Of a stretch of 64,000 bases of DNA, positions 27,422 to 39,816 are shown piece by piece (within the stretch, counting starts at the first letter, position 1; every line of letters starts with the position of its first letter). The notes under the pieces were generated by a model. That model searched no databases, was not told where the DNA came from, and saw only the letters and a program-made list of their open reading frames with translations. Position numbers and translations under genes: made by a program. The DNA is from Candidatus Faecivicinus avistercoris (lineage in GTDB: Bacteria > Bacillota > Clostridia > Christensenellales > Aristaeellaceae), in contig DVJL01000068.1 of the NCBI GenBank assembly GCA_018716805.1, positions 14,713 to 78,712 on the forward strand, in the 5' to 3' direction.

Positions 27422-28354
27422 CTATTCTTCGTCGTCCGCTCCGGCGCGCTGGGCGCGCTCCATGTGGCGGCGCGTCAGCTCCATGGCGGCGTTGTAGCCG
27501 GTCTGCTTGAGCCGGAAGTTTCGCGCCGCGACCTCCAGCACCACCGCGAGGTTGCGCCCCGGGTGGATCGGCAGCAGCAGCGACGGCACGCGCACGCCGA
27601 GGATCTCGGTGTAGTTGTCGGCCATGCCGAGCCGGTCGTACTCCTTGCCGGCCTGCCACATCTCCAGGTGAACCTCCATGTCGATGGACTTGCTGCGGAT
27701 GATCGCGCCGACGCCGTACATCATGGCGATGTCGATGATGCCCACGCCGCGGATCTCCATGAAGTGGCGCACCAGCTCCGGCGCCTCGCCGATGAGCCGG
27801 TCCTCGCTGACGCGGCGGATGTCGACCACGTCGTCCGCCACCAGCTGATGGCCGCGCTTGACCAGCTCCAGCGCCGCCTCGCTCTTGCCGACGCCGGAAT
27901 TGCCGGTAATGAGCAGGCCGGTGCCGTAGACGTTCACCAGCACGCCGTGCCGGGTCTCGCGCGGAGCCAGATAGTTGCGCAGGTAGCTGATGAGCTCCAG
28001 CTCAAACGTCGTGGTCTCCTTCTTCGTCGAATAGATCGGCACGTTGTGCGCCGCGGCGAACACGAGCATCTCGTCAAAGCACGGATAGCCGCGGCAGATG
28101 ATGATGCACGGCAGCGGATAGCTGAAGTACTTCGCCAGCCGCTCGCGCCGCGTGCTCTCGTCGAGCTGCGAAAGATAGGTCATCTCCACCTTGCCCAGCA
28201 GCTGCGGCCGCTCATAGGCAAAGAAGTCCCAGTAGTTGGCAAACTGCATGCCCGGGCGGTTCGCGTTGCTGACCTCGATGGGCAGCGTCTTGGCCTCCGT
28301 GGGCAGCAGGCGCTTGAGATCCAGCGCCTTGACAAAGTCGGCCTCCCTGACCAT
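27422..28354 (-). CDS. hprK: HPr kinase/phosphorylase
   Basis: Walker A ITGNSGVGKSE and the HprK signature region HFMEIRGVGIIDI. Start at ATG 28354. Confidence 0.95.
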   Translation of the reverse strand: MVREADFVKALDLKRLLPTEAKTLPIEVSNANRPGMQFANYWDFFAYERPQLLGKVEMTYLSQLDESTRRERLAKYFSYPLPCIIICRGYPCFDEMLVFAAAHNVPIYSTKKETTTFELELISYLRNYLAPRETRHGVLVNVYGTGLLITGNSGVGKSEAALELVKRGHQLVADDVVDIRRVSEDRLIGEAPELVRHFMEIRGVGIIDIAMMYGVGAIIRSKSIDMEVHLEMWQAGKEYDRLGMADNYTEILGVRVPSLLLPIHPGRNLAVVLEVAARNFRLKQTGYNAAMELTRRHMERAQRAGADDEE

Positions 28355-28358
28355 GGCT

Positions 28359-29192
28359 TCATCTCCCCTCCCCGGCGGCCGCGCCGCCGATCTCTCCTGC
28401 GTCGAGCATCTGCTCGACGACCTGCGCCACACCGTCGGCCGTATTCTTCGGCGCGATGCGCGCCGCCGCGCGGCGGCACTCGTCCACGGCGTTCTCCACC
28501 GCCACGCCCAGCCCGGCCCACCGGATCATCGGCGCGTCGTTCTGGCCGTCGCCAAACGCCATGACCTCGCCGCGCGCGACGCCCAGCTCCCTGGCAAGCG
28601 CCTCGATCGCGCGCCCCTTATCGACGCCCTCGCGCACGATTTCCAGATACCGCGGCTTCGACTTCACAAAGCACACGCCCGTCGGAAACAGGCGGCGAAG
28701 CCGCGCCTGCGCGTCGTCGATGATGCCCGGCTCGGCGATGGCCAACAGCTTGACCTGATCGCCCGACATCCAATCGGACACCTTCTCGCCCAGCTCGCCG
28801 CACGGCACGCGGATGCTGGATTCATACAGGTCGGTGTACTTCGTCCGCTTGCGGCAGAAGTAGCCCCGGCCCGGATAGGCCTGCAAGTAGATGCCCATCT
28901 CCTCGACCGCGCGGGCGACGGCGCACGCCGTCTCAAGCGGAATCGCGTGGGAAAAATACGTCCGGCCATCGCGGTGGTCCTGAATCAGCGCGCCGTTGTA
29001 GAGGATCATCGGCGCGTTGACGCCGATGGCCTCGGCAAACGGCACCATCGCCTCGGTCATCCGGCCGCTGGACAGCGTCACCATCGCGCCGGCGTCCATC
29101 GCCCGGCGCAGCGCGCGCACGGTGCGGTCGGTCAGGCGGCTGTTGGCGTCGAGCAGCGTGTCGTCCAAATCGGTGGCAATCAGGCGAATCAT
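28359..29192 (-). CDS. Cof-type HAD-IIB phosphatase
   Basis: Motif I ATDLDDTLL and motif IV GDGQNDAPM. ATG 29192 with a GGAGGA RBS. Confidence 0.9.
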   Translation of the reverse strand: MIRLIATDLDDTLLDANSRLTDRTVRALRRAMDAGAMVTLSSGRMTEAMVPFAEAIGVNAPMILYNGALIQDHRDGRTYFSHAIPLETACAVARAVEEMGIYLQAYPGRGYFCRKRTKYTDLYESSIRVPCGELGEKVSDWMSGDQVKLLAIAEPGIIDDAQARLRRLFPTGVCFVKSKPRYLEIVREGVDKGRAIEALARELGVARGEVMAFGDGQNDAPMIRWAGLGVAVENAVDECRRAAARIAPKNTADGVAQVVEQMLDAGEIGGAAAGEGR

Positions 29193-29360
29193 GTCATTGC
29201 TTCCTCCAAATCCATTGCATTCACCCATTATTTTAACCGATTTTGCCTCAGCTTGCAAGATGTGGAAGGCGATTTGCCGTCAAAATCGCGGCAGAGCATT
29301 GCGCGCCGCCGCCGATGTGTGCTATACTGTTGGCATACCACCTCATTGGGACGTGATCGA

Positions 29361-30266
29361 ATGGCCGACCTGACCGCCATCATACTGGCGAAGGACGAGG
29401 AGAAGAACATCGAGCGCTGCCTGCGCTCCATCGAGGGATTCGCCACCCGGCGGATCGTCGTGGACAGCGGCAGCACCGACGGCACCGTGGCGCTGGCGCG
29501 GAAGCTCGGCGCGGAGGTGCGCGTGCACCCGTTTGAAAACTACGCGCGGCAGTTCAACTGGGCGCTCGATTCGCTCGGCATCGAGACGAAGTGGGTGCTC
29601 CGGCTGGACGCGGACGAGTGCTTTCCGCCGGAGCTTTGCGCGAAGCTCGAGGCGCTGCTGCGCGAGCACGCGGACGACGACGTCAACGGCATCGTGCTCG
29701 AGGCAAACTTCTACTTTCTCGGCCGGCTCATCCGCCACGGCGGGCCGAAAAAGCGCAAGATCATGGTGTTTCGCCGCGGGTACGGCCGGCTCGAGGACCG
29801 GCGGATGGACGAGCACACCGTGGTCGACGGCGGCCGCGTGCTCGCGCCGCGCGAGCGGTTCGACCACTACGACTTCAAGGATCTCAACGCGTGGATCGAA
29901 AAGATGAACTGGTACGCCACGCGCGAGATGCAGGACTACTTTTCGGCTATGCAGTCCGACCCGACCGGCGGCGCGCTCTCGGAAAAGCGGCAGGCCGCCA
30001 CGCGGAAGAAGAAATACGGCCTGTATTACCGGCTGCCGATGTTCCTGCGCTGCTGGATGCTCTTCGTGTACAACTACGTTTTCCGGCTGGGCTTTCTGGA
30101 CGGCCGCGAGGGCTTCATCTACCACTGGATGTACCAGCGCTGGTACCGCACGCTGGTCGATGCGAAGATCTACGAACAGATGAAGTTCCCGAAGCCCTTC
30201 GCCGCCACCGGCGCGCTCGGCGAAACCGACCTCGACGCCGCAAGGCGCGAGGCCGGGGAGCGGTGA
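29361..30266 (+). CDS. glycosyltransferase family 2
   Basis: N-terminal AIILAKDEEKNIERCL and DxD (RLDADE). ATG 29361 lies inside the long spurious ORF 28236..30266. Confidence 0.88.
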   Translation: MADLTAIILAKDEEKNIERCLRSIEGFATRRIVVDSGSTDGTVALARKLGAEVRVHPFENYARQFNWALDSLGIETKWVLRLDADECFPPELCAKLEALLREHADDDVNGIVLEANFYFLGRLIRHGGPKKRKIMVFRRGYGRLEDRRMDEHTVVDGGRVLAPRERFDHYDFKDLNAWIEKMNWYATREMQDYFSAMQSDPTGGALSEKRQAATRKKKYGLYYRLPMFLRCWMLFVYNYVFRLGFLDGREGFIYHWMYQRWYRTLVDAKIYEQMKFPKPFAATGALGETDLDAARREAGER

Positions 30267-30275
30267 GGAGGGCGC

Positions 30276-30788
30276 ATGGTCATCCTGATCGCAGGCGCCT
30301 CGCACACGGGAAAGACGCTGCTCGCTCAGCGGATTCTCGAAGCGCGCGGGTTCCCCTATCTGTCCATCGATCACCTCAAAATGGGCCTGATCCGAAGCGG
30401 AATGACCGCCCTGACCCCGCAGGACGACGACGCGCTTCTCGGCTATCTCTGGCCGATCGTCCGCGAAATCGTCAAGACGGCCATCGAAAACCGGCAGAAC
30501 CTCACCGTCGAGGGCGCCTACATCCCCTTTGACTGGAAGAAGGACTTTCCGGCGGCGTATCTTTCGGAGATCCGCTACCGTTGCCTCGTCATGACGGAGG
30601 CGTACATCCGCCGCAATTTTGCGGAGATCCGGCAGCACGCCAGCGCCATCGAACAGCGGGGCGACGATCTGGACTGCACGCTGGAATCCGTCCTCGCAGA
30701 CAATGCGCGAAACCTGCGCCTGTGCAGGGAATCCGGCTGCGAATCCATCCTGATCGACGGCGGCTACGACATCCCGCTGGATTTCTGA
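30276..30788 (+). CDS. P-loop NTPase (small kinase-like, 170 aa)
   Basis: Walker A GASHTGKT at the N-terminus. GAGGAGG RBS. Substrate unknown. Confidence 0.75.
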   Translation: MVILIAGASHTGKTLLAQRILEARGFPYLSIDHLKMGLIRSGMTALTPQDDDALLGYLWPIVREIVKTAIENRQNLTVEGAYIPFDWKKDFPAAYLSEIRYRCLVMTEAYIRRNFAEIRQHASAIEQRGDDLDCTLESVLADNARNLRLCRESGCESILIDGGYDIPLDF

Positions 30789-30901
30789 ACCTTCGCCCTC
30801 CGCGGGCCGAACCAAGCGGGCCTGCGGCCATCCCCTCCGGCCAGAGCAAACGAAAAGAGCGCCGGCCGCCCATTGCGACTGCGTCATCGCCTTCTGAAAG
30901 G

Positions 30902-30936
30902 AAAACTGCTCCCACGCAATGTGAGAGCAGTTTTTT
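30902..30936 (+). terminator. intrinsic terminator
   Basis: AAAACTGCTC..(loop)..GAGCAGTTTT followed by TT. Confidence 0.7.
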
Positions 30937-31024
30937 GTCGCCAGTAAAGGGCCATCCGTACCAGCGCCCTTGCGGCTGCTCCCGCGCGATGCGGGAGCAG
31001 TTTCCTTCGGACGGCGCGCCGGCC

Positions 31025-34177
<3,153 letters not shown>

Positions 34178-35662
34178 TTATTCCTGGATCACGACGGTTG
34201 TGCCGGTGGGGCAATTATCCCAGATCCACTTCGCATCGTCCACCGAGAGGCGGATGCAGCCGTGCGAAGCCTTGCGGCCGAGGTTGTTCACCGAGCTCTG
34301 GTTGAGCTTCTTGCTCGCAGAGTACGTCACCGAGTGGAACAGGATGCCGCCGACGATGCCGTAGGCCCACTTGGCATAGCAGTTGAACTCCGTGAAATAG
34401 AACCACTCGTCGCTGCGGCGGCCGTAGGCCTGATAGGTGCCGGTCGGCGTAGGCGTGGAATCGCGCCCCGTCGAGCAGACCATCGCGCGCGTCTGTTCGT
34501 TGTAGCCGGTGCCATCCCAGCCGAGCACATAGACGCGCTGGTCGGAGATGTCGACGTAGATCTTGTACGGGAACACATATTCCTCCGACTCCTGCGCCGA
34601 GGAGGAGAACAGCGCCCGCTGGGTGGCCTCGTCGGCCGTGCCGGACTGGCTCAGGCCGTGCTTGTACTGGAAGTACATCAGCGCGCGCGCCGTATTGACG
34701 CCGAACGCGCCGTCGGGGTCGTCGTAGAGGTAGCCCAGCTGGTGCAGGCGGGTCTGCACGCGGCGAACCTCGTCGCCCTCATCCCCCACCTGCACGGTCT
34801 GGCGGTAGACGTCGAATTCGACGTCGCCGTCTATGTAAGCCAACAACTCGCTGTCAATCTCGCTGTCGGCGACGTAGGCCGTCGGCTCCGGCTCCGGCGT
34901 GGGCAGCAGGATGTCGTTGACCAGCGGCAGCGCGCCGGCCACCGCCGTCGGCGCGGGCGTCGGTTCCGGCGTGGGCGCGGGCGTCGGCGTCGCAAGCGGC
35001 GGCAGGTATTCATGGACGTACTCCTTGAAGTCGGAGATCGCCTTCTCGCTCGCGCTGCCGATCACGCCGTCGACCGAACCGGTCAGAAAGCCCCACTCGG
35101 CCAGCTTCGTCTGCACGCGGATCGTCTCGCTGCCGTAGACCGCGGGGTTTTCCGGAGACGGCGTGGTCAGCGCGCTCAGGTCGGAGAACAGCTTTGTCTG
35201 CGTCGCCGCGTCGGCGATGCCGGTGACCTCCAGCCCGTTCATCTTCTGAAACTGCTCGATCGCCGTCTGCGTATCCTCGCCGTAGACGCCGTCTGCCGAA
35301 CTGAGCAGGAAGCCCAGCGCGATCAGCCGGTTTTGCAAAGTCACGATGTAGGCCACGCCGTCCGCGCTGTCGCGGTCGCCCAGCTGAAGCGTCGGATAGT
35401 CGGTGATCGAGGCTTCGTCGTTTTCGCCGTACATCTCGTCCTCGACCAGTGGATCGTCCGTCGAAGGCTCCTCCGTGGCGGTCTCGGTCGCCGAAGGCTC
35501 GGCTGTGGCGGTCGCCGTCGCGCTGCTTCCGTTCAGCGCCGCGCCGGTTCCATTGCCGAACAGCGCCTCGCCCGCCGTAATGCCCGATTCAGCCACCGCG
35601 GGAACCGCCGTTCCCAGCGCCATCGCGGCGATCAGCAGAAAACTCAGGATACGCCGAAACAA
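34178..35662 (-). CDS. L,D-transpeptidase (YkuD) with three peptidoglycan-binding repeats
   Basis: Signal peptide MFRRILSFLLIAAMALGTAVPAVA, three PG_binding_1-like repeats, and the catalytic motif ASHGCIRL. TTG start. Confidence 0.92.
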   Translation of the reverse strand: MFRRILSFLLIAAMALGTAVPAVAESGITAGEALFGNGTGAALNGSSATATATAEPSATETATEEPSTDDPLVEDEMYGENDEASITDYPTLQLGDRDSADGVAYIVTLQNRLIALGFLLSSADGVYGEDTQTAIEQFQKMNGLEVTGIADAATQTKLFSDLSALTTPSPENPAVYGSETIRVQTKLAEWGFLTGSVDGVIGSASEKAISDFKEYVHEYLPPLATPTPAPTPEPTPAPTAVAGALPLVNDILLPTPEPEPTAYVADSEIDSELLAYIDGDVEFDVYRQTVQVGDEGDEVRRVQTRLHQLGYLYDDPDGAFGVNTARALMYFQYKHGLSQSGTADEATQRALFSSSAQESEEYVFPYKIYVDISDQRVYVLGWDGTGYNEQTRAMVCSTGRDSTPTPTGTYQAYGRRSDEWFYFTEFNCYAKWAYGIVGGILFHSVTYSASKKLNQSSVNNLGRKASHGCIRLSVDDAKWIWDNCPTGTTVVIQE

Positions 35663-35719
35663 ATGTCCTCACTCCTCGCATCAATCGCCCAAACGCGGGC
35701 GCCAATGTTTTCCATCCCA

Positions 35720-35899
35720 TTAGACATCATTATACACGATTTTGTTCCCGAAACCCGCGGCATTTTCTGGAACTTTATGTGAATATTCGCACATGCCGAC
35801 GAGCACGGGCTCGCGATCCTCGACGAGGATCGCGCCGCAGCCGACGAGCGCGGCCGCCAGCAATGCCAACAGCAGCAACAGCGCCGCCAAGCGCCGCAT
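35720..35899 (-). CDS. putative small lipoprotein (59 aa)
   Basis: ATG 35899 with GGGGAGGTG 6 nt upstream. MRRLAALLLLLALLAAALVGC carries a lipobox (LVGC). It is short and GC-rich, so it remains uncertain. Confidence 0.45.
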   Translation of the reverse strand: MRRLAALLLLLALLAAALVGCGAILVEDREPVLVGMCEYSHKVPENAAGFGNKIVYNDV

Positions 35900-36046
35900 T
35901 CGCGCCACCTCCCCATCTTTTGCGCGGTTTCATTATAATGGGAAGCGGAAAGGTTGTCAACGGAACAATTGTCAAAAATTGCGCGCGTGCGCGAAGCACG
36001 GATGGGCATACTACCGCATGAAAACATCGCATTGGAGGCGTTAACC

Positions 36047-36709
36047 ATGACGATAGGTCTGGTTCTGCTCGTCATCGCGGGCATACTTCTGCTGTTCGGC
36101 GTCGGCCAGCGCGTATTGGACAAGCTGCGTCTGACCGACCGGCAGGCGCTGCTGTTCATCGCGCTGATCATCGCCGGCGGATTTCTGCCGGACATCGCCG
36201 TCACGCCGCTGTTTGCATTCAACATCGGCGGCGCGCTGATCCCGCTCGCGCTGTGCGTCTACCTGTGGATCAAGGCCGGCACGGCAAAGGAGCGCGCGCG
36301 CTGCATCGCGGCGGCGCTGGTCACCGGCGCGGTGGTCTACGCGCTCGGCCGCTTCATGCCCGACGAGCCGGAGGAGATCGTCATCGATCCCAACTGGATG
36401 CACGGTCTCGCGGCGGGCGTCGTCGGCTATCTGTTCGGCCGGTCGCGGCGCGGCGCATTCATCGCGGGCGTCATCGGCGTGATGCTGTCGAGCGTGACGA
36501 ACGCCGTGTACGTCTGGTCGCAGGGCGTCGACCAGCGGCTGGTGCTCGGCGGCGCGGGCGCGTTCGACGTCGTCGTCATCTCCGGCCTGCTGGCCGTGCT
36601 GCTCAGCGAGCTGATCGGCGAGCTGATCGAGCGCGCGACGCGCGGGAACCGCAAGCCGGCGCTCGAATTCAAGGACGGCGACTTCGTTCGAAAGGAGCAT
36701 AGAAAATGA
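36047..36709 (+). CDS. integral membrane protein (DUF1614-like), translationally coupled to spoIIP
   Basis: ATG 36047 (GGAGG upstream). About 6 TM segments. The stop overlaps the spoIIP ATG (ATGA). The family assignment is from memory only. Confidence 0.8.
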   Translation: MTIGLVLLVIAGILLLFGVGQRVLDKLRLTDRQALLFIALIIAGGFLPDIAVTPLFAFNIGGALIPLALCVYLWIKAGTAKERARCIAAALVTGAVVYALGRFMPDEPEEIVIDPNWMHGLAAGVVGYLFGRSRRGAFIAGVIGVMLSSVTNAVYVWSQGVDQRLVLGGAGAFDVVVISGLLAVLLSELIGELIERATRGNRKPALEFKDGDFVRKEHRK

Positions 36710-37794
36710 AAATTCGATCGCTTCTCGCCGCGCTGTGCGCGGCGCTCATCCTCCTGCCCGGCGCGGCGGCCGAGACCGACGGCGACTGCATCTACACCAT
36801 GCTCGACGCCGACGGCAACCGCATCACGATGCGCGCGGCGCAGATGTTCGTCGGCGACGAGTACATCTCCGGGGACAACCAGCTCTACCGGATCGTCTCC
36901 GTGGACGATGCTGCTAGGACCGCCACGGCCGAGCGCGTCGGACAGGCGCAGATCGACGAGCAAGCGCTCGCGGCATTCTACGCGCTGGCGGACGAGCAGG
37001 CTGCGGAAGACGACGGCAAGCGCCTGGTCTGCATGTACTCAACCCACAGCGACGAATCGTACACCCCCGACGACGGCACCTATTCCCTCTGGGAAGACGC
37101 CGGCATCTACGACGTCGGCAACGCGCTGAAGGGCGAGCTGGAGGCGCGCGGCATCGAGGTCGTCTACTCGGAGGAGTCCTTCCTGCCGCACGACGCCGAC
37201 GCCTACAACCGCTCGCGCGCCACCGCCGAGGAGCTGCTCAAGCAGGGGCCGGACGCGCTCTTGGACATCCACCGCGACGCCATCCCCGCCGAGGAATACG
37301 AGACGACCGTCGACGGCGAGGAGATCAGCAAGGTGCGGCTGTTTGTCGGCCGCTCGAACCAGAACGCCGACGCGAACCGCGCCTTCGCGCAGGAGATCAA
37401 GGCCGTCGCCGACGAGGAATACCCCGGGCTCATCAAGGACATCTACATCGGCAAGGGCAACTACAACCAGGAGCTGTATCCGCAGGCGCTGCTGCTCGAG
37501 TTCGGCACCGACGAGATTGAAAAGGACAAGGCCATCGGCGCCACGGAGTACATGGCCGAGGTGCTCGATCAGGTGCTCTACGGCGAGAGCGCACAGGCCG
37601 AGACCAACGCCGACGCTGCCCCCGCGGCGACGGGCATCTTCTGGGTCATCGGCATCGCAATCGTTGGCGCCGTGATCTACGGCCTCGCCTCCACGGGCAA
37701 GCTGAGCGGCATGTGGAACAAGCTCAAGCGCGGCCTGAGCGAGCTGACCGGCGGCCTGGCCGGCAAAAAGCCCGGCGACGAGGAGGAAAAGTAG
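36706..37794 (+). CDS. spoIIP: stage II sporulation protein P
   Basis: Signal/anchor N-terminus, plus the motifs YSTHSDESY and LLDIHRDA typical of the SpoIIP amidase/endopeptidase family. Confidence 0.9.
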   Translation: MKIRSLLAALCAALILLPGAAAETDGDCIYTMLDADGNRITMRAAQMFVGDEYISGDNQLYRIVSVDDAARTATAERVGQAQIDEQALAAFYALADEQAAEDDGKRLVCMYSTHSDESYTPDDGTYSLWEDAGIYDVGNALKGELEARGIEVVYSEESFLPHDADAYNRSRATAEELLKQGPDALLDIHRDAIPAEEYETTVDGEEISKVRLFVGRSNQNADANRAFAQEIKAVADEEYPGLIKDIYIGKGNYNQELYPQALLLEFGTDEIEKDKAIGATEYMAEVLDQVLYGESAQAETNADAAPAATGIFWVIGIAIVGAVIYGLASTGKLSGMWNKLKRGLSELTGGLAGKKPGDEEEK

Positions 37795-37832
37795 GCTCCT
37801 TGTCTAAAAAGGACTGTCCTGCATCCTTCAAG

Positions 37833-37871
37833 AGAAACCGCCCCGCCAAATCACCTGGCAGGGCGGTTTCT
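37833..37871. terminator. hairpin between convergent spoIIP and the yitT-like gene
   Basis: AGAAACCGCCC...GGGCGGTTTCT, an 11-bp outer stem. U tracts are weak. Confidence 0.45.
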
Positions 37872-37932
37872 CACGCCGCGGATACAACAGCCGGCAAAGC
37901 CATCTGACCATCCGAGCCTTCGCCTCGGGCGG

Positions 37933-38787
37933 TCACGGCTTCTTTTGCGGCTGCTTGAAGCCCTCGCCGAGCACCTCGTGGGCCTTGCTGGCGATGACGA
38001 ACGCCGTCGGATCGATGCTCAGCACGATGCGCCGCAGCTGAACCGTCTCAAACCGGTTGACCACGCACAAAAGCACCCGTTTGTCCGCGCCGGAATACAT
38101 GCCGCGCGCGTCGAACGCCGTCACACCGCGGCTCAGCTCCTCCATGACCCGCTGGGCGATTTCGTCCGCGCGGTCGGAGATGATGATGTACGAATGCGCG
38201 CTGTTCGGCCCTTCGAGCACCGCGTCGACGACCAGATTCATCAATCCCGTGCAGATCAGCGCATACATGGCCGCCTGCTGGTCGAACACAAAGGCGGAGG
38301 CGAGGATGACCAGACCATCCACCGCGAAGATGCCCACGCTGACGCGCACGGCCGGAAACCGGCTGTGCACCAGCGAGGCGAGCATGTCCGAGCCGCCGGT
38401 GGTCGCGTTGCCGCGCAGGATCAGGCCGAAGCCCAGCCCCGCCAGCGCGCCGCCGAACACCGTCGCTAGCAGCAGGTCGTTCGTCGCCGCGGGCAGCGGA
38501 ACGTAGTCGATCGTCAGCGAAAGCCCGAGCATCGCGATCAGCGAACGAATGCCGAAGGACAGCCCCAGCCGCCGCATGGACAGCACAAACAGCGGGATGT
38601 TCAGCACGATGCTGACCGTGCCGACGTTGACGTCGATCACGCTGTTGACCAGCTGGCCGATGCCCGTAAAGCCGCCCGCCGCGATCTCGTTCGGGATCAG
38701 ATAGAGGTTGTACGCCGCACAGCAGCACATCAGCCCCGCCGCAATCAGCAGCGCATTTTTCGCTTCAACGCCAAGCACTCTCTTCAT
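37933..38787 (-). CDS. YitT-family membrane protein (DUF2179 C-terminal domain)
   Basis: Start at ATG 38787 (MKRVLGVEAKNALLIAAG...). 5-6 TM segments plus a soluble C-terminal domain. Confidence 0.9.
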   Translation of the reverse strand: MKRVLGVEAKNALLIAAGLMCCCAAYNLYLIPNEIAAGGFTGIGQLVNSVIDVNVGTVSIVLNIPLFVLSMRRLGLSFGIRSLIAMLGLSLTIDYVPLPAATNDLLLATVFGGALAGLGFGLILRGNATTGGSDMLASLVHSRFPAVRVSVGIFAVDGLVILASAFVFDQQAAMYALICTGLMNLVVDAVLEGPNSAHSYIIISDRADEIAQRVMEELSRGVTAFDARGMYSGADKRVLLCVVNRFETVQLRRIVLSIDPTAFVIASKAHEVLGEGFKQPQKKP

Positions 38788-38950
38788 AAAACGCCTCCTG
38801 CGCAGTTTTTCTCGCTCCCGACCTCCAGTATGCCCGGAAAAGTGCCGGAACCCTCCACGTCCGGCGATCATATTTGTAAGCGACTGCATTCATGGGCAAA
38901 GCGCGCTTTGCCGTGGATCCAGCGCGATTTCCTCGAAGGGAGGACAAAAA

Positions 38951-39214
38951 ATGGGCTATATGCAACGACCGCTGTTCCCGCCGATGGGCGACTGCTGCGC
39001 GCCGGACAACTGCGTCCGCGTGCCGCTGTTTTCCCGCGAGGCGTGCCGGCCGCCGAACCCGTGCGGCTGCACGCAGAGCGTCCGGCTGGAAAACCCCTGC
39101 TGCCCGGGCGAATGCGCCGAGGTCGCCCTGTCGGTGGACAACTGCGGCAACCTCGTCATGTGCGTACATCGCGAACCCTGCTGCCCGCCCCGGCCCCGCC
39201 GGTGCTGGCGCTGA
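38951..39214 (+). CDS. orphan Cys/Pro-rich small protein (87 aa, 14 Cys)
   Basis: ATG 38951 with GGGAGG upstream and a strong hairpin 22 nt after the stop. Sequence MGYMQRPLFPPMGDCCAPDNCVRVPLFSREACRPPNPCGCTQSVRLENPCCPGECAEVALSVDNCGNLVMCVHREPCCPPRPRRCWR. Confidence 0.6.
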   Translation: MGYMQRPLFPPMGDCCAPDNCVRVPLFSREACRPPNPCGCTQSVRLENPCCPGECAEVALSVDNCGNLVMCVHREPCCPPRPRRCWR

Positions 39215-39235
39215 CGATGCGCAAATACGAAGGAA

Positions 39236-39261
39236 CCGCCCGGAGAGCGCTCTCCGGGCGG
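39236..39261. terminator. 12-bp perfect hairpin between convergent genes
   Basis: CCGCCCGGAGAG-CG-CTCTCCGGGCGG, followed on the plus strand by ..GTTCTTTCTC. Confidence 0.65.
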
Positions 39262-39276
39262 GACGTCCGTTCTTTC

Positions 39277-39528
39277 TCAGCGCCTCTCGCGCTCAATCTT
39301 GCACAGCTTGTTGTAGGTCAGCCCGTGCATGACCAGATTCAGGCAGATCAGAAGCCCGATGAAGCCGCAGACCGAGACGACGACGATGTACGTCCTGGGT
39401 TCGTTCGGGATCACGCTCACCAGCGCCTGCGCGAACGTGGACGTCACCAGGTAGTTCGTCAGCGCAAAGCCCCCCAGGATCGAACCCAAAAAGATAATCA
39501 AGCCAAACAGGATGCAAATCGTGCCCAT
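39277..39528 (-). CDS. hypothetical small membrane protein (83 aa, 2-3 TM)
   Basis: ATG 39528 with AAGGAG upstream. MGTICILFGLIIFLGSILGGFALTNYLV... Confidence 0.6.
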   Translation of the reverse strand: MGTICILFGLIIFLGSILGGFALTNYLVTSTFAQALVSVIPNEPRTYIVVVSVCGFIGLLICLNLVMHGLTYNKLCKIERERR

Positions 39529-39683
39529 GGTTCGGTTCTCCTTATACGCATAATCTGCAATCATTATACCTTTGCGCGCCGCCGCTGTCAAGCGCGATCG
39601 GGTTGAATTCGCCGGATCCGAGGCAAAAAACGCCTCGAACGCCGTCGAACGGACGCGGTTTTCGCGCTTAACAGATACATATC

Positions 39684-39713
39684 TTGACAACCATGCCGCA
39701 CGGGTCGTAGAAT
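39684..39713 (+). promoter_or_regulatory. sigma-A promoter of ldh-rex
   Basis: TTGACA-18 nt-TAGAAT. Confidence 0.65.
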
Positions 39714-39714
39714 A

Positions 39715-39732
39715 TTGATAAAGAATTATCGA
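39715..39732. promoter_or_regulatory. putative Rex operator
   Basis: TTGATAA-AGAA-TTATCGA is an 18-nt near-palindrome resembling the clostridial Rex box TTGTTAA-N4-TTAACAA. It lies immediately downstream of the -10. Confidence 0.5.
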
Positions 39733-39816
39733 TTCAGCCGGAGCCGCCGGGCTCGCGCGCCGCGTCGGCAATTCGCTTTCCATCCCAAGAGAACCATGAG
39801 AGTGGAGGAAGAAGCC

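Noticed and set aside
24089-28564. Very long ORF (1491 aa, plus strand) spanning the pepT-glcK-hprK region
   Set aside because: It is antisense to four well-supported minus-strand genes. The translation is Arg/Ala/Gly/Pro-rich and low-complexity with no motifs. This is a typical stop-codon-poor antisense frame in high-GC DNA.
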